A stretch of 64,000 bases of DNA from Chloroflexota bacterium. Its GTDB lineage: Bacteria; Chloroflexota; Dehalococcoidia; JACPEP01. This document shows positions 47,047-56,981 of this stretch, one piece after another; positions within the stretch are counted from its first letter, which is position 1, and every line of letters begins with the position of its first letter. Made by a program: the position numbers and the translations under genes. Location of the stretch: the NCBI GenBank assembly GCA_016183425.1, contig JACPEP010000041.1:3704-67703 (forward strand), written 5' to 3'. Under the pieces are notes generated by a model. The model had not been told where the DNA came from and did not search any database. It saw only the letters and a list, made by a program, of their open reading frames with translations.

Positions 47047-49991
47047 AAAGCAGGAACCTCCTTCTCGTCCTCCTCTTCCTCACCCTGATCATAGGCTCTC
47101 CATCAAGGGGCGCTAAAGCCGGCGCCGATCCCATCCGCTCCGGCACCTGGAAGCAAACTACCGCCGCCGAGTTCAGGGCGGGCAGCCTGACAGACGTGAT
47201 GGTAGAGGATAAAAAGGGAGGCGAGCTGGTTCTCGCCCCCGGCGCCGCCTACGGCGTGTATGTCTCATCCCTCTTCCAAGCCCCCTTCTCTTTTAACGCC
47301 TTGGGGGCCTTCTGGGAAGCTCAGGAGCCCACGGGCAGCAGCATCCGCCTCTGGGTACGGAGCAGCGCCGATGGACGCACTTGGAGTCAATGGCTCCCCT
47401 TTGGCGAGGTGGACCAGATGCGGGGCTATGGGAAAACGGCGGCTGACCTGGTATTCACCTCCGGAAGCTACATCCAGTATCGGGGGGAGTTTACCCGGAG
47501 CGACCTGCGCCTGGCCCCCAGGCTAGAAGAGATAACCATTAATTATATCGACTCCTCGCCCGGCCCCACCCTGGACCAGGCCCGGGCCACCGCCCGAGTG
47601 TCGGCGGTGTCCCTGGGGGTGCCCCAGCCAGCCATTATTTCTCGGGCCGGCTGGGGGGCTGACGAAAGCTACCGCTTCTACGGCGGCACCGAGGTTTGGC
47701 CGCCCATCTACGCACCGGTCAGGGTCGCCATCAATCACCATACCGTAACCGCCAATGACGACCCCAACCCGGCGGCCACCGTGCGCGCCATCTACTACTA
47801 TCACGCCGTGACCTTAGGCTGGGGAGACATCGGCTACAACTATCTCGTCGATCGTTTTGGGAACATCTACGAGGGCCGCTATGGAGGCGACGACGTGGCG
47901 GGCGGACACGCCTATGACCATAATACGGGCAGCGTGGGCACCGCCGCTCTGGGAACCTATGCCAGTCAGGAGGTTTCGCCCCAACTATTGAATTCGGTGG
48001 CCAACCTCCTGGCGTGGGTCTCTTACCGCAAGGGCATCAACCCCATGGGCTATACTTACTTCATAGACAAAACGGTGCCCAATGTCATGGGGCATCAGGA
48101 CGTCAACCTCACCTCTTGCCCTGGTGCCACCTATTACGAGCAGATGCCCTCCCTCCGCTCCCTGATATGGAACCGTCTCCCCCCCTACGGCCAGGCCTGG
48201 GTCGGTCACCGCACCCCCACCCAGTTGAGCAAGGGACAGACCATCACCGTCGCCGTGACCCTGCGCAACAGCGGCACCTTGACCTGGACCGCCGGAGGGG
48301 ATAAACCCTTCCGCCTGGGATACAAATGGTATGATAGCTCGGGCCGGGAGTACACTCAGGTGCCCTCTGTGGAGTACCATACCTCCCTACCTGTGGATGT
48401 GGCTCCGGGGCAAGAGGTAACCATCTCGGCCCGACTCATCGTTCCCCAGATAACCGGCGCTTATACCCTCAAGTGGGATATGGTCCAGGAAAGTGTGACC
48501 TGGTTTTCCCAGGTAGCGGGGGGTAATCCCACCCTGGATGTGACCGTTCAAGTAACAGAGGCCGGCTATCGAGCGGCCTGGGGCAGCCACAACACCCCCC
48601 CTCGCATGGCGCCGGGGGAGACGGTGACCGTCACCATGGGGATAACCAACACCGGCGCCATAACCTGGACAGCATCGGGAAGCTATCCTTTCCACCTGGG
48701 CTACCATTGGTACGACCAAACGGGCGCCCAGTACGTTCAGTCGTTTTCGGATGACCACCGCACCTCCCTCCCCCGGGACATCGGGCCCGGGCAGGGAGTG
48801 ACCCTCAACGCCCTCCTCACCGCCCCCCGAAGCTCTGGCCCCTACCGTCTCAAGTGGGACATGGTTCAGGAACTGGTGACCTGGTTCGCCGATCGCGGAA
48901 GCCCCACCCTGGACGTGGACGTTCAGGTGTCTACCTATAGCGTAGGCTGGGGCAGTCATAACACCCCCCCTGGCATGACGCCGGGGCAGACGGTGACCGT
49001 TACGGTCGGGATGACCAACACCGGCGCCATAACCTGGACAGCATCGGGAAGCTACCCCTTCCACCTGGGCTACCACTGGTACGACCAAACGGGTGCCCAG
49101 TACGTCCAACCACCCGCGGACGATCAGCGCACCTCTCTCCCTCGAGACATCGGGCCCGGGCAGGGAGTGACCCTCAACGCCCTTCTCACCGCCCCCCGAA
49201 GCGCCGGCACCTACCGTCTGAAGTGGGACATGGTTCAAGAGCTGGTGACCTGGTTCGCCAACCAGGGGAGCCCCACCTTGGATGTGGACATTCGGGTGCT
49301 GACTACCTCACTAAAAACAGCGCCGTCGGAGCTCACCTATACCGCCCCCGCTGGAAGCGGGGTGATGAGTCAGACGTTAAGCCTTTGGAGCGAAGGGGGA
49401 GGCACCTTCACCTGGACCGCCACCGTAACCCCTACCCAGTGGCTCAGCATCGCCCCGAGCCAGGGGCAGCTCCCGGCTACGGTGACGGTGATGGCGGACG
49501 CCACCGGGCTGAGGGCCGGCATCCGGCGCGGCCAGGTGGCCTTCACCGCCCTTGCCCCCGTGAGCGACATTCTCACCGCTACCCTTCCCGTTACTCTAAC
49601 GCTGACTCTACCTCCTCCCACCTTGGATGTCTATCCCTCCTCGCCAACCCTTCCCGTCACCGGTACCTGGGATGTCATCACCCGGCCTTTCTACCTGCAA
49701 GGGGATGGTATGGCCTCATGGGCCGCGGCGGTTAGCCCCACGTCCTGGTTGAGGGTGGAGCCTCCCTCGGGCACCCTCCCCGGAGGCTTTACCTTGATAA
49801 TAGACCCCTCTCGCCTCACTCTCGGAAAGCACCGGGGGCAGGTGCAGATGAGGGGCAAGGTGGCGGATAAAGAGGTGGTCACCCGAACGGTGTCGGTGGC
49901 TCTAGACGTGGTCAGGAGTCCCCTTCGCCTTTTCTTACCCATAAGCGGGGAACCTATTTTCAGGGTATGGCCGTGGATAATCGGCCCCTAG
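47043..49991 (+). CDS. secreted N-acetylmuramoyl-L-alanine amidase (amidase_2/PGRP domain) followed by tandem repeats of a roughly 120-aa beta-rich domain and C-terminal Ig-like regions
   Basis: Signal peptide MKSRNLLLVLLFLTLIIGS. Amidase_2 region HHTVTANDD...YHAVTLGWGDIGYNYLVDRFGNIYEGRYGG...HAYDHNTGSVG. Three repeats of the pattern GSHNTPP.M.PG.TVTVT.G.TNTGAITWTASGSYPFHLGYHWYDQTGAQYVQ...LKWDMVQELVTWF. Confidence 0.75.
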   Translation: MKSRNLLLVLLFLTLIIGSPSRGAKAGADPIRSGTWKQTTAAEFRAGSLTDVMVEDKKGGELVLAPGAAYGVYVSSLFQAPFSFNALGAFWEAQEPTGSSIRLWVRSSADGRTWSQWLPFGEVDQMRGYGKTAADLVFTSGSYIQYRGEFTRSDLRLAPRLEEITINYIDSSPGPTLDQARATARVSAVSLGVPQPAIISRAGWGADESYRFYGGTEVWPPIYAPVRVAINHHTVTANDDPNPAATVRAIYYYHAVTLGWGDIGYNYLVDRFGNIYEGRYGGDDVAGGHAYDHNTGSVGTAALGTYASQEVSPQLLNSVANLLAWVSYRKGINPMGYTYFIDKTVPNVMGHQDVNLTSCPGATYYEQMPSLRSLIWNRLPPYGQAWVGHRTPTQLSKGQTITVAVTLRNSGTLTWTAGGDKPFRLGYKWYDSSGREYTQVPSVEYHTSLPVDVAPGQEVTISARLIVPQITGAYTLKWDMVQESVTWFSQVAGGNPTLDVTVQVTEAGYRAAWGSHNTPPRMAPGETVTVTMGITNTGAITWTASGSYPFHLGYHWYDQTGAQYVQSFSDDHRTSLPRDIGPGQGVTLNALLTAPRSSGPYRLKWDMVQELVTWFADRGSPTLDVDVQVSTYSVGWGSHNTPPGMTPGQTVTVTVGMTNTGAITWTASGSYPFHLGYHWYDQTGAQYVQPPADDQRTSLPRDIGPGQGVTLNALLTAPRSAGTYRLKWDMVQELVTWFANQGSPTLDVDIRVLTTSLKTAPSELTYTAPAGSGVMSQTLSLWSEGGGTFTWTATVTPTQWLSIAPSQGQLPATVTVMADATGLRAGIRRGQVAFTALAPVSDILTATLPVTLTLTLPPPTLDVYPSSPTLPVTGTWDVITRPFYLQGDGMASWAAAVSPTSWLRVEPPSGTLPGGFTLIIDPSRLTLGKHRGQVQMRGKVADKEVVTRTVSVALDVVRSPLRLFLPISGEPIFRVWPWIIGP
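48220..49300 (+). repeat. intragenic tandem repeats: two near-identical units of about 360 bp (48578-48937, 48938-49297) plus a diverged upstream unit (about 48220-48577)
   Basis: Units 2 and 3 are nearly identical at nucleotide level (ggcagccacaacacccccc...accggcgccataacctggacagcatcgggaagctatcc/ccc...). Unit 1 is about 50% identical at protein level. Confidence 0.7.
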
Positions 49992-50767
49992 GCATTTTCG
50001 ACTCTGGGGTGGGGGGGCTGGCGGTGTTGCAGGAGATAAAGAGCCTTTGTCCTCATGAGGATATCCTGTACTACGCCGATAGCGCCCACTTTCCCTATGG
50101 CTCCCAGGAACCCCAAGTGGTGCAGCAACTGGCCATGGCGGCCACCGCCGCCTTGGTCGATGAGGGGGTTAAGCTGGTGGTGGTGGCCTGCAATACTGCC
50201 TCCAGCGCCGCCCTTTCCCTTCTTCGCCAGCGCTATCCCATCCCTTTTGTAGGCATGGTGCCAGCTATAAAGCCTGCCAGTGCCGGGACGAGAAACGGTC
50301 GGGTAGGAGTTATCGCTACCCAGGGCACTCTTCAGGGGCAGGTCTTCGCCGACCTGGTGGCTCAGTTCGCCGAAGGGGTGACCGTGCTCACCCAAGCCTG
50401 CCCCTACCTGGTGGAGATGGTGGAAGATGGGGAGACGGCCTCGCCACAGGTCTTGTGCCTCCTCCACCGTTACCTGGACCCCCTCCTGGCCCAGGACATC
50501 GATACCCTGGTGCTGGGCTGTACCCACTACCCCTTTCTGCGTCTCGCCATTGAGAAGGTGGTAGGGGAGGGGGTGACCATCATCGACGCCAGCCACGCCG
50601 TGGCCCAGCAGGTGGAACGGGTTTTGAACAGCCATCACCTGAACTGCCAACGGGAGGGTCAAGGAAGAGTGACCTTCCTCACCAGCGGCCCCCAGGAGCG
50701 CTTTCGAGAGGTGGTGGCCAGGCTCTTGGGCCCCCAGGCCCTTCTATCTTTAACGGGGAGTCTTTAG
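49967..50767 (+). CDS. murI: glutamate racemase
   Basis: Motifs IFDSGVGGL, VVACNTAS and GCTHYP. Length 266 aa. Confidence 0.9.
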   Translation: MAVDNRPLGIFDSGVGGLAVLQEIKSLCPHEDILYYADSAHFPYGSQEPQVVQQLAMAATAALVDEGVKLVVVACNTASSAALSLLRQRYPIPFVGMVPAIKPASAGTRNGRVGVIATQGTLQGQVFADLVAQFAEGVTVLTQACPYLVEMVEDGETASPQVLCLLHRYLDPLLAQDIDTLVLGCTHYPFLRLAIEKVVGEGVTIIDASHAVAQQVERVLNSHHLNCQREGQGRVTFLTSGPQERFREVVARLLGPQALLSLTGSL

Positions 50768-51576
50768 TGACCTTCTTGGACAGGCTGCTGCGGGCCTCCC
50801 GCGCCCATGGCAGCCTTCTCTGCATCGGATTGGACCCTCAGCCGGCCCTCATGCCTCCGGTGTCGGTCCGGGATTTCAACCGGGCCATCGTGCAAGCCAC
50901 CCAGGACCTGGTATGCGCCTATAAGCCCAACCTGGCCTTTTACGAAGCCCTGGGCAGGGAGGGGCTGGAAGCCCTGGAGGCGACTCTGGCGGCTATCCCC
51001 TCGGGGATACCCATCATCGGCGACGCCAAACGGGGAGACGTGGGGCCCTCCGCCCAGGCCTACGCCCAAGCCCTCTTCGAGAAATGGGGCTTCCATGCCG
51101 CCACCGTCAATCCTTACCTGGGCTACGATGCCCTGGCCCCCTTTTTTGACTACACGGAGCGGGGCGTCTTTCTCCTCTGCCGGACATCCAACCCGGGAGC
51201 CGGGGACTTCCAGGACCTAACATCTTCCCCAACGGGAGAAAACCCGCAACCCCTATTCTTGCACGTGGCACGCAAATCCCAGGAGTGGAACCGTCACGGC
51301 AATCTAGGGCTGGTAGTGGGGGCCACTTATCCTGAGGAGCTACGGCAGGTGCGGGAGCTGTGTCCCGATATGCCCCTGCTCATCCCCGGCATCGGCGCCC
51401 AAGGGGGCGACCTGGCCGCGGCGGTAGCCTATGGGGTGGACAACCAGGGAGAAAAGGCCATTATCTGTGCCTCTCGCTCGGTGCTTTACGCTTCTCAAGG
51501 AAGGGACTTCGCCGAGGCAGCCCGGAAAGAGGCGGCCCGCCTCAGAGAGGCTATGTATCGGGGGGGTACCGCCTAG
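50767..51576 (+). CDS. pyrF: orotidine 5'-phosphate decarboxylase (long, type 2 form)
   Basis: LLCIGLDPQP...AYKPNLAFYEALG...IIGDAKRGDVG is the type-2 OMP decarboxylase pattern. The GTG start overlaps the murI stop by 1 nt. Confidence 0.85.
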   Translation: MTFLDRLLRASRAHGSLLCIGLDPQPALMPPVSVRDFNRAIVQATQDLVCAYKPNLAFYEALGREGLEALEATLAAIPSGIPIIGDAKRGDVGPSAQAYAQALFEKWGFHAATVNPYLGYDALAPFFDYTERGVFLLCRTSNPGAGDFQDLTSSPTGENPQPLFLHVARKSQEWNRHGNLGLVVGATYPEELRQVRELCPDMPLLIPGIGAQGGDLAAAVAYGVDNQGEKAIICASRSVLYASQGRDFAEAARKEAARLREAMYRGGTA

Positions 51577-51578
51577 CC

Positions 51579-52862
51579 GTGGAGGCATATCCCGTGGAGG
51601 TGGGGGGAGCACGGAAATTGTGGTGGGTTCTGGGCAACCGCCATTTTTTGGCCCTCTGGTTGGCCCAGGCGGTCTCCCAGACGGCCCAGAACGCCCTTCT
51701 ATACTTGTTGATGGTCATCATCGAGACCAATACGAGCTCCAGTCTCCATATGAGCTTTCTCGTCCTGTCCACCATCTTGCCCTCCGTAATAATCGGCATG
51801 GCCGCGGGGGTATTCGTGGATCGGTGGAGCAAAAGAAGAGTGCTGGTGACCACCAACCTGCTTCGCGGTGCCATTCTGGTTCTTTTCCCCCTCTTTCTGA
51901 GCCATCCTGGCTTAATATACGTGGCCAATCTCCTCTTCGCCACGGTAAGCCAATTTTTCGCCCCCGCCGAGGTGGCCACTATCCCCCTGGTAGTATCGCG
52001 TCGCCAGCTTTTGTCGGCCAATGGGCTCTTCAATCTCACCTTCACCATTTCCCAGGCGGTGGGTTTCATTATTGTGGCACCCCTTCTGGCCAAAGGACTG
52101 GGAGTGGACACCCCTCTCCCCTTTTTCATCCTGGCCCTGTTCTTTGCCCTGGCCGCTCTTCTGGTTCGCTTTTTGCCTCGAGACCACCGTCCCAAAAAGG
52201 GGGGCGGGGACAGCCGATCCCTCTGGCAAGGGGTATGGCGAGAGCTTAAAGACGGGTGGCAGTTGTTGCAAGGTGATGTCTCCCTCTCCCTATCCATGGT
52301 TCACCTTACCCTGGTGAGTGCCCTGGTGCTCATCATGGGTATGCTTGTCCCCGGTTACGTCAGCCGAGTCCTGGGCGTTCGGGCCGACGATGCGGTGTAC
52401 ATCTTAGGCCCGGCCGGGCTGGGCATTCTGGCCGGCATCGCCCTGGTCCCCCGCCTGGGAGAGCGTTGGGGCAAGGACAGGCTGGTCCATTGGGGCCTGG
52501 GGGTGATGACCTTCAGCCTTCTGTCCATGGGGTCCGTGGGCCTCGCCCGGGGGATCCCCCTGGGGCCTCTGGTGGGTGGGGCGATGCTCTTCTCTCTGGT
52601 AATGGGCGGGGCCTATGCCTTTATCAATATTCCCGCTCAAACCATCATTCAGGAGCGGGCGCCCGTGGATATGAGAGGACGCATCTTCGCCATCCAGCTT
52701 GTTTTCGGCAATGTGGTGGCCGTTTTGCCCCTCATCTCTCTGGGGCAACTGGCCGATTTTTTGGGTGTGAGCACTGTCATCCTCATCCTGGCCGTGGGCG
52801 TTTTCGTGGTAGCCATGGTAACCTACCGGTGGACACAGGGGCAGAAGCAAACAGAAACATGA
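51579..52862 (+). CDS. MFS transporter
   Basis: 12 predicted TM helices. A probable GTG start just after the pyrF stop; the ORF-track start at 51360 lies inside pyrF and is rejected. Confidence 0.75.
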   Translation: MEAYPVEVGGARKLWWVLGNRHFLALWLAQAVSQTAQNALLYLLMVIIETNTSSSLHMSFLVLSTILPSVIIGMAAGVFVDRWSKRRVLVTTNLLRGAILVLFPLFLSHPGLIYVANLLFATVSQFFAPAEVATIPLVVSRRQLLSANGLFNLTFTISQAVGFIIVAPLLAKGLGVDTPLPFFILALFFALAALLVRFLPRDHRPKKGGGDSRSLWQGVWRELKDGWQLLQGDVSLSLSMVHLTLVSALVLIMGMLVPGYVSRVLGVRADDAVYILGPAGLGILAGIALVPRLGERWGKDRLVHWGLGVMTFSLLSMGSVGLARGIPLGPLVGGAMLFSLVMGGAYAFINIPAQTIIQERAPVDMRGRIFAIQLVFGNVVAVLPLISLGQLADFLGVSTVILILAVGVFVVAMVTYRWTQGQKQTET

Positions 52863-53722
52863 AGATAAGCCTCTCTACCACCTCCCTCATCCCCTATCCC
52901 TTGGCCACCATCTTCGCCGTGGCCAAAGAGCTGGGATTTCAGGGATTGGAGCTGGGCATCAACGGGGAGGTAGCCAGGGGTGGCATATCCCACATCAGGG
53001 ATTTGTGTCACCAGCACCAAATGCCCATTCTGAGCCTCCATCCCCCCATGCGCCCCCTGCCCAACTGGCGGACCCAGAGGAAGACCTACCTTCAGTTGGT
53101 GGACTGGGCCAGGGAGCTGGGGGTATCCGTAGTAACTTTTCATGGTCCTGGGCGGTGGAGTAAAAGGGGAGACATGCCCCCCGAGTTTCTGGCTCTCCTC
53201 CTGGAATGTCGGGCCCGGGCCCAGGGACAGGTAACCGTCAGCCTGGAAAATGGTACCACCCCTTGGAGCAGTTGGCTGGATAGGCCAAGGAATCACGGGG
53301 AGGCAGAGCTAATAGGGCTGGAGCGCCTTGCTCAGGAGCACGGCTTCTCGCTCACACTGGACACTACCCATGCCGCTATTCAGGGAGGGGTCATGCCTGT
53401 CTACAAGCGCCTAGGGAGGTGGATAGCCAACGTCCACCTCAGCGACCGGCTCCTCCACCTGCCGCCACTGCCTCTATCCATCCTGGATACCGTTTTGCTG
53501 CAGCACCAGGTGCCCGGCACCGGCTCCTTGCCTCTGGCCGCCCTGATCCACGGGCTGGGTCGTAGTGGCTATGGAGGCCCCCTCACACTGGAGGTGAGCA
53601 ACATCGCCCTACGGGGATGGAATCTGGGCCTCGTCAAGAAGAGGCTGGCTCAAGGGGTGGCCTTCTGCCGAGAGCATACCATCAATTTTCAGATGTCCGC
53701 TAGCAAGGGGCGCGCAGTATAG
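52859..53722 (+). CDS. sugar phosphate isomerase/epimerase (xylose isomerase-like TIM barrel) family protein
   Basis: The internal ATG at 52859 overlaps the MFS stop (ATGA). The sequence MKISLSTTSLIPYPLATIFAVAKELGFQGLELG... fits the AP endonuclease 2/xylose-isomerase-like TIM barrel pattern. Confidence 0.65.
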   Translation: MKISLSTTSLIPYPLATIFAVAKELGFQGLELGINGEVARGGISHIRDLCHQHQMPILSLHPPMRPLPNWRTQRKTYLQLVDWARELGVSVVTFHGPGRWSKRGDMPPEFLALLLECRARAQGQVTVSLENGTTPWSSWLDRPRNHGEAELIGLERLAQEHGFSLTLDTTHAAIQGGVMPVYKRLGRWIANVHLSDRLLHLPPLPLSILDTVLLQHQVPGTGSLPLAALIHGLGRSGYGGPLTLEVSNIALRGWNLGLVKKRLAQGVAFCREHTINFQMSASKGRAV

Positions 53723-53774
53723 CTTCAGACCACTGATTTGAGGGCGATGCCAGCGACTTTTGAGTTTAATTACT

Positions 53775-54314
53775 TCAGATCGGCACTAGTGTCCACTGGC
53801 TGCGGCCCTTCTCTGGGGTGGTAGGGTCGGCGGGCAAGGACTTGGTAACCACCTTCATATGGCATTGCTTTCTCACGCCGGCCCACGTGATGCGCATGGA
53901 GATGCCAGGGGTAACGCTGCCTTCTTCCCGCAGCTTCTCCGCCGCCTGGGCGCTGCCGATGCCCACGGTCTCGTATAGGAACACGTTCTCACCTGTCGGG
54001 GTGGCCGTGATGTCGGCGAAGCCTACGTCATGAAAGTATTGGGCAAGGCGTTTGAGTAGGGCCCCAGGCTCATTCTCTACCAGGTTCAACTCCTTCTGGA
54101 TCTCATCGAAAGCTACCTCGGCCACCAGATCGGGGAGCTGCTTTGGATCTACGCCCACATTCTTGGAGAAGGCACTCCACGTGGCGTAGGTGTAGAGGTT
54201 AAAAAAGTCCTTGCGAATGCCCCCAGACTCCATTAGTAGCTCCTCTCTTCTTTCCTCGTCGGTAGCTCCCCTGGGAATCGAAAATGTTACCGGTCTACTA
54301 TTCGATGGCGACAA
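53775..54314 (-). CDS. hypothetical protein, possibly a V4R-like small-molecule-binding domain (true start perhaps the internal Met at about 54233)
   Basis: MESGGIRKDFFNLYTYATW...GFADITATPTGENVFLYETVGIGS... shows only weak resemblance to V4R domains. Confidence 0.35.
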   Translation of the reverse strand: MSPSNSRPVTFSIPRGATDEERREELLMESGGIRKDFFNLYTYATWSAFSKNVGVDPKQLPDLVAEVAFDEIQKELNLVENEPGALLKRLAQYFHDVGFADITATPTGENVFLYETVGIGSAQAAEKLREEGSVTPGISMRITWAGVRKQCHMKVVTKSLPADPTTPEKGRSQWTLVPI

Positions 54315-54540
54315 CCTGGGTAGAGTGTCTGACTACGACCTCCGGGTCGCCATCGGCGGTAAGCTTGGGCCTCCCCTGTTCATCCAGAGCACGAAATATC
54401 CTCTGCACCGTCGTCTTCACTCGTATTGTGCCACCATCCAGCAGCCGATATTCGTTCCATTCCTCGCGCACGATTTCAAAATCCTGCTCTAGGACATCCA
54501 CCAGATTACCGGAGACCCTTATCTGAGTTTTTCGACCCAT
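54298..54540 (-). CDS. small hypothetical protein (80 aa)
   Basis: ORF MGRKTQIRVSGNLVDVLEQDFEIVREEWNEYRLLDGGTIRVK.... It overlaps the downstream gene start by 17 nt and has no identifiable domain. Confidence 0.3.
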   Translation of the reverse strand: MGRKTQIRVSGNLVDVLEQDFEIVREEWNEYRLLDGGTIRVKTTVQRIFRALDEQGRPKLTADGDPEVVVRHSTQVVAIE

Positions 54541-54671
54541 GCAAATCCCCCTTTTGAATACCTCCTCAGGGCATCTACTATAAGGGTATCCATGACGAAT
54601 GTAAACACTCCACTAAGCCATAGGTGAACACAGTAAGATGGTAGCATCAACCAAGTGGGTTTTTGGTATGA

Positions 54672-55376
54672 CTAAGGGGAGGAGGCTACCGGTTTCGCCG
54701 TGACGATGAGGCGATGGCTGTACACCCAGTCGGGAACGCAGGTGATGAGGGTCAGGGTCTCCTGAGGGGTGGGCGCCATGACCCAGGTGTCCGTGGGCAG
54801 AACCACCTGGGTTTCCACCACCCGGTAGCGGTGCTGGCCCGCCTGGGTATCGATGATTACCTCGTCGCCAAGGCCGATCTCGGGGAGGCGCCGGAAGACA
54901 TCGCCCTCTCCTTTCAGCGGGCTGCTGATGTGTCCCGACATGACTATATTGCCCTTCTCGCCGGGCTGGGCCGTCCCCTGGTGATGGCCCACGGCGTGAT
55001 CCGCCGTTTCCCAGACCACCATGGTATCCTCTATCCTCACCCCCAGCTCCACCACCTTTGAGTCCACACCGATGCTGGGGATAAGGATTTGGGTGGCGGA
55101 GTGGGGCAATGGTGTTGTTTCCCCTCCGGGGAGCGCGGCGGAGGTGGTCGCCTGCTGGCTATCGGCCTTACTCTTCCCCGGGGCCTCTCCCCTCTCTCCG
55201 AAGTCGCCCCTATATTCCAGGGAAGGGGAGGACGGGAGACGACGATTAAGATGGGGAAACTCCCGCTCAGCATTCCAGGCATAGATGCGGTACCCCGCAA
55301 CCAGGGCGAGGATCAGCCCACCAAGAACAAGAAAGGCAAAGCTAGAGATGCGAAGCGTAGCCATGACAAAAGGCAA
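54672..55376 (-). CDS. sortase family transpeptidase, N-terminally membrane anchored
   Basis: TM anchor, catalytic His (NIVMSGH), TLxTC motif (LTLITC) and a conserved C-terminal Arg (SHRLIVTA). Confidence 0.75.
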   Translation of the reverse strand: MPFVMATLRISSFAFLVLGGLILALVAGYRIYAWNAEREFPHLNRRLPSSPSLEYRGDFGERGEAPGKSKADSQQATTSAALPGGETTPLPHSATQILIPSIGVDSKVVELGVRIEDTMVVWETADHAVGHHQGTAQPGEKGNIVMSGHISSPLKGEGDVFRRLPEIGLGDEVIIDTQAGQHRYRVVETQVVLPTDTWVMAPTPQETLTLITCVPDWVYSHRLIVTAKPVASSP

Positions 55377-55550
55377 ACCCCGATTCTTCTCTACCGGTCA
55401 TGTTAGGTGGGCCGCTGCCAAATGTCAATCAGGGGACGGCTCGCAAGAGAACCCGTATCCCCTGAAAGCGATATATGATATATTGTTCTTAGGCAGAAAG
55501 GGCGCCGAAAGAGGCCCCGAGGGCAAAGTGACTCTCCTTTTGGAGCGGCA

Positions 55551-56222
55551 ATGAACTCCTTTGTCAGCACCCACAAGGACATCCAGTGGGCTCGAAGCAA
55601 GCTCCTGGAACAGCTTAGACGAGAAATAAGGGATCAAAGGGTTATTCAAGCCATGGAACGGGTGCCCCGAGAACTTTTTGTTCCCAGAGCCTGCCGCCAT
55701 TTGGCCTACGGGGACATCCCTCTCCTTATCGAAGAGGGTCAGACTATTTCACAGCCCTTCATCGTCGCCTTGATGACAGAGGCCCTGGAGCTTAAGGGCG
55801 ATGAGAAGGTCCTGGAGATCGGCACCGGCAGTGGCTATCAGACAGCGATACTGGCGGAGTTGGCGCGCTGGGTGGTGTCTGTGGAGCGCCACCCCAAGCT
55901 GGCACAATCGGCCCGAGAGCTCCTTAACCAGCTAGGGTATCAGAACGTGGAAATCCATATAGCGGAGAAGACCTTAGGCTGGCCCCTGGGAGCGCCCTAC
56001 GACGCCATCATCGTCACGGCCGGCGCTCCCCAGGTGCCCCCGGAGCTTCTAGAGCTGCTTGTAGTATCGGGCCGAATGGTCATCCCCGTGGGCTCTCGCT
56101 ATAACCAGGACCTTCTTAGAATTTTGAAGCTGGAAACAAAGATCACCACCGTTAATCTGGGGCCCTGCCGCTTCGTTCCCCTTATCGGCGAGGGGGCGTG
56201 GCAGGAGGAACCTTGTGTTTAG
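55551..56222 (+). CDS. pcm: protein-L-isoaspartate O-methyltransferase
   Basis: SAM-binding motif VLEIGTGSGYQTAILAEL and PIMT pre/post motifs (ISQPFIVALM). Length 223 aa. Confidence 0.9.
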   Translation: MNSFVSTHKDIQWARSKLLEQLRREIRDQRVIQAMERVPRELFVPRACRHLAYGDIPLLIEEGQTISQPFIVALMTEALELKGDEKVLEIGTGSGYQTAILAELARWVVSVERHPKLAQSARELLNQLGYQNVEIHIAEKTLGWPLGAPYDAIIVTAGAPQVPPELLELLVVSGRMVIPVGSRYNQDLLRILKLETKITTVNLGPCRFVPLIGEGAWQEEPCV

Positions 56223-56252
56223 GTGGCTCCAGAATGAAAAGAGGGGCGCTCC

Positions 56253-56981
56253 GTGCTTCGTTCTTTAGGCTTTCTCGTTCTCACCGTGGTCTCCTTTTTC
56301 TTGGTGGGTTGCATAACCACGGGAGCTATTACTGGCAAAGAGGTCCCGAACATCCCGACCGGCATCAGCGTCAGCGGCCAGGGCAGGGTGACGGTAGTTC
56401 CCGATATAGCTCTGCTTCAGGTGGGAGTAGAGACACGGGCAAACTCGGTAGCCCAAGCCCTCGGCCGGGCCAATGAGTCCATGGAGTCTGTAATGAGAGT
56501 TCTTAATGAGGCCGGGGTGGCCAAGAAGGATATCAAGACTCAAGCTTTCAACATCTCGCCCATTCGGCAAAGCCGCGAGGGAACCACCATCATAATCGGC
56601 TACCGGGTAAGCAACATGGTGCTGGCCAAGATTCGCCATATCGACCAAGCAGGCAGGATTATCGATGCCGCGGCGCGAGCCGCCGAGGATGCGGCCCGCA
56701 TCGATAGCATCAGCTTCACCGTGGATGACCCCACCCCCTACCAGAGCCAAGCCCGAGAGATGGCTGTGGCCGATGCCCATGCCAAGGCCGAGCAACTGGC
56801 CCGACTGGCCGGGGTGCAATTGGGAAACCCCGTTTTCATTGCCGAGAGCGGCGTCTCTGTACCCTTGCCGCGATCCTTGGGAGCATTTGGAGAGAAGGGT
56901 GGCGACCTTTCCACCACTCCCATCAGCCCAGGAGAAGCGGAGATATCTACCCTGGTTCAGATCACCTATGATATCCGCTAG
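56253..56981 (+). CDS. SIMPL/DUF541 domain protein (periplasmic or secreted)
   Basis: N-terminal TM/signal segment. The core is ISVSGQGRVTVVPDIALLQVGVETRANSVAQA...DDPTPYQSQAREMAVADAHAKAEQLA. Confidence 0.75.
   Translation: MLRSLGFLVLTVVSFFLVGCITTGAITGKEVPNIPTGISVSGQGRVTVVPDIALLQVGVETRANSVAQALGRANESMESVMRVLNEAGVAKKDIKTQAFNISPIRQSREGTTIIIGYRVSNMVLAKIRHIDQAGRIIDAAARAAEDAARIDSISFTVDDPTPYQSQAREMAVADAHAKAEQLARLAGVQLGNPVFIAESGVSVPLPRSLGAFGEKGGDLSTTPISPGEAEISTLVQITYDIR

Noticed and set aside
51360-51578. N-terminal extension of the MFS transporter ORF overlapping pyrF (also 52466-52858 for the TIM-barrel gene, 33955-34395 for rpsO, 38888-39076 for the small gene, 28256-28327 for the protease).
   Set aside because: The extensions overlap the preceding gene in another frame. 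Conserved N-termini begin at the internal start codons chosen in the features list.
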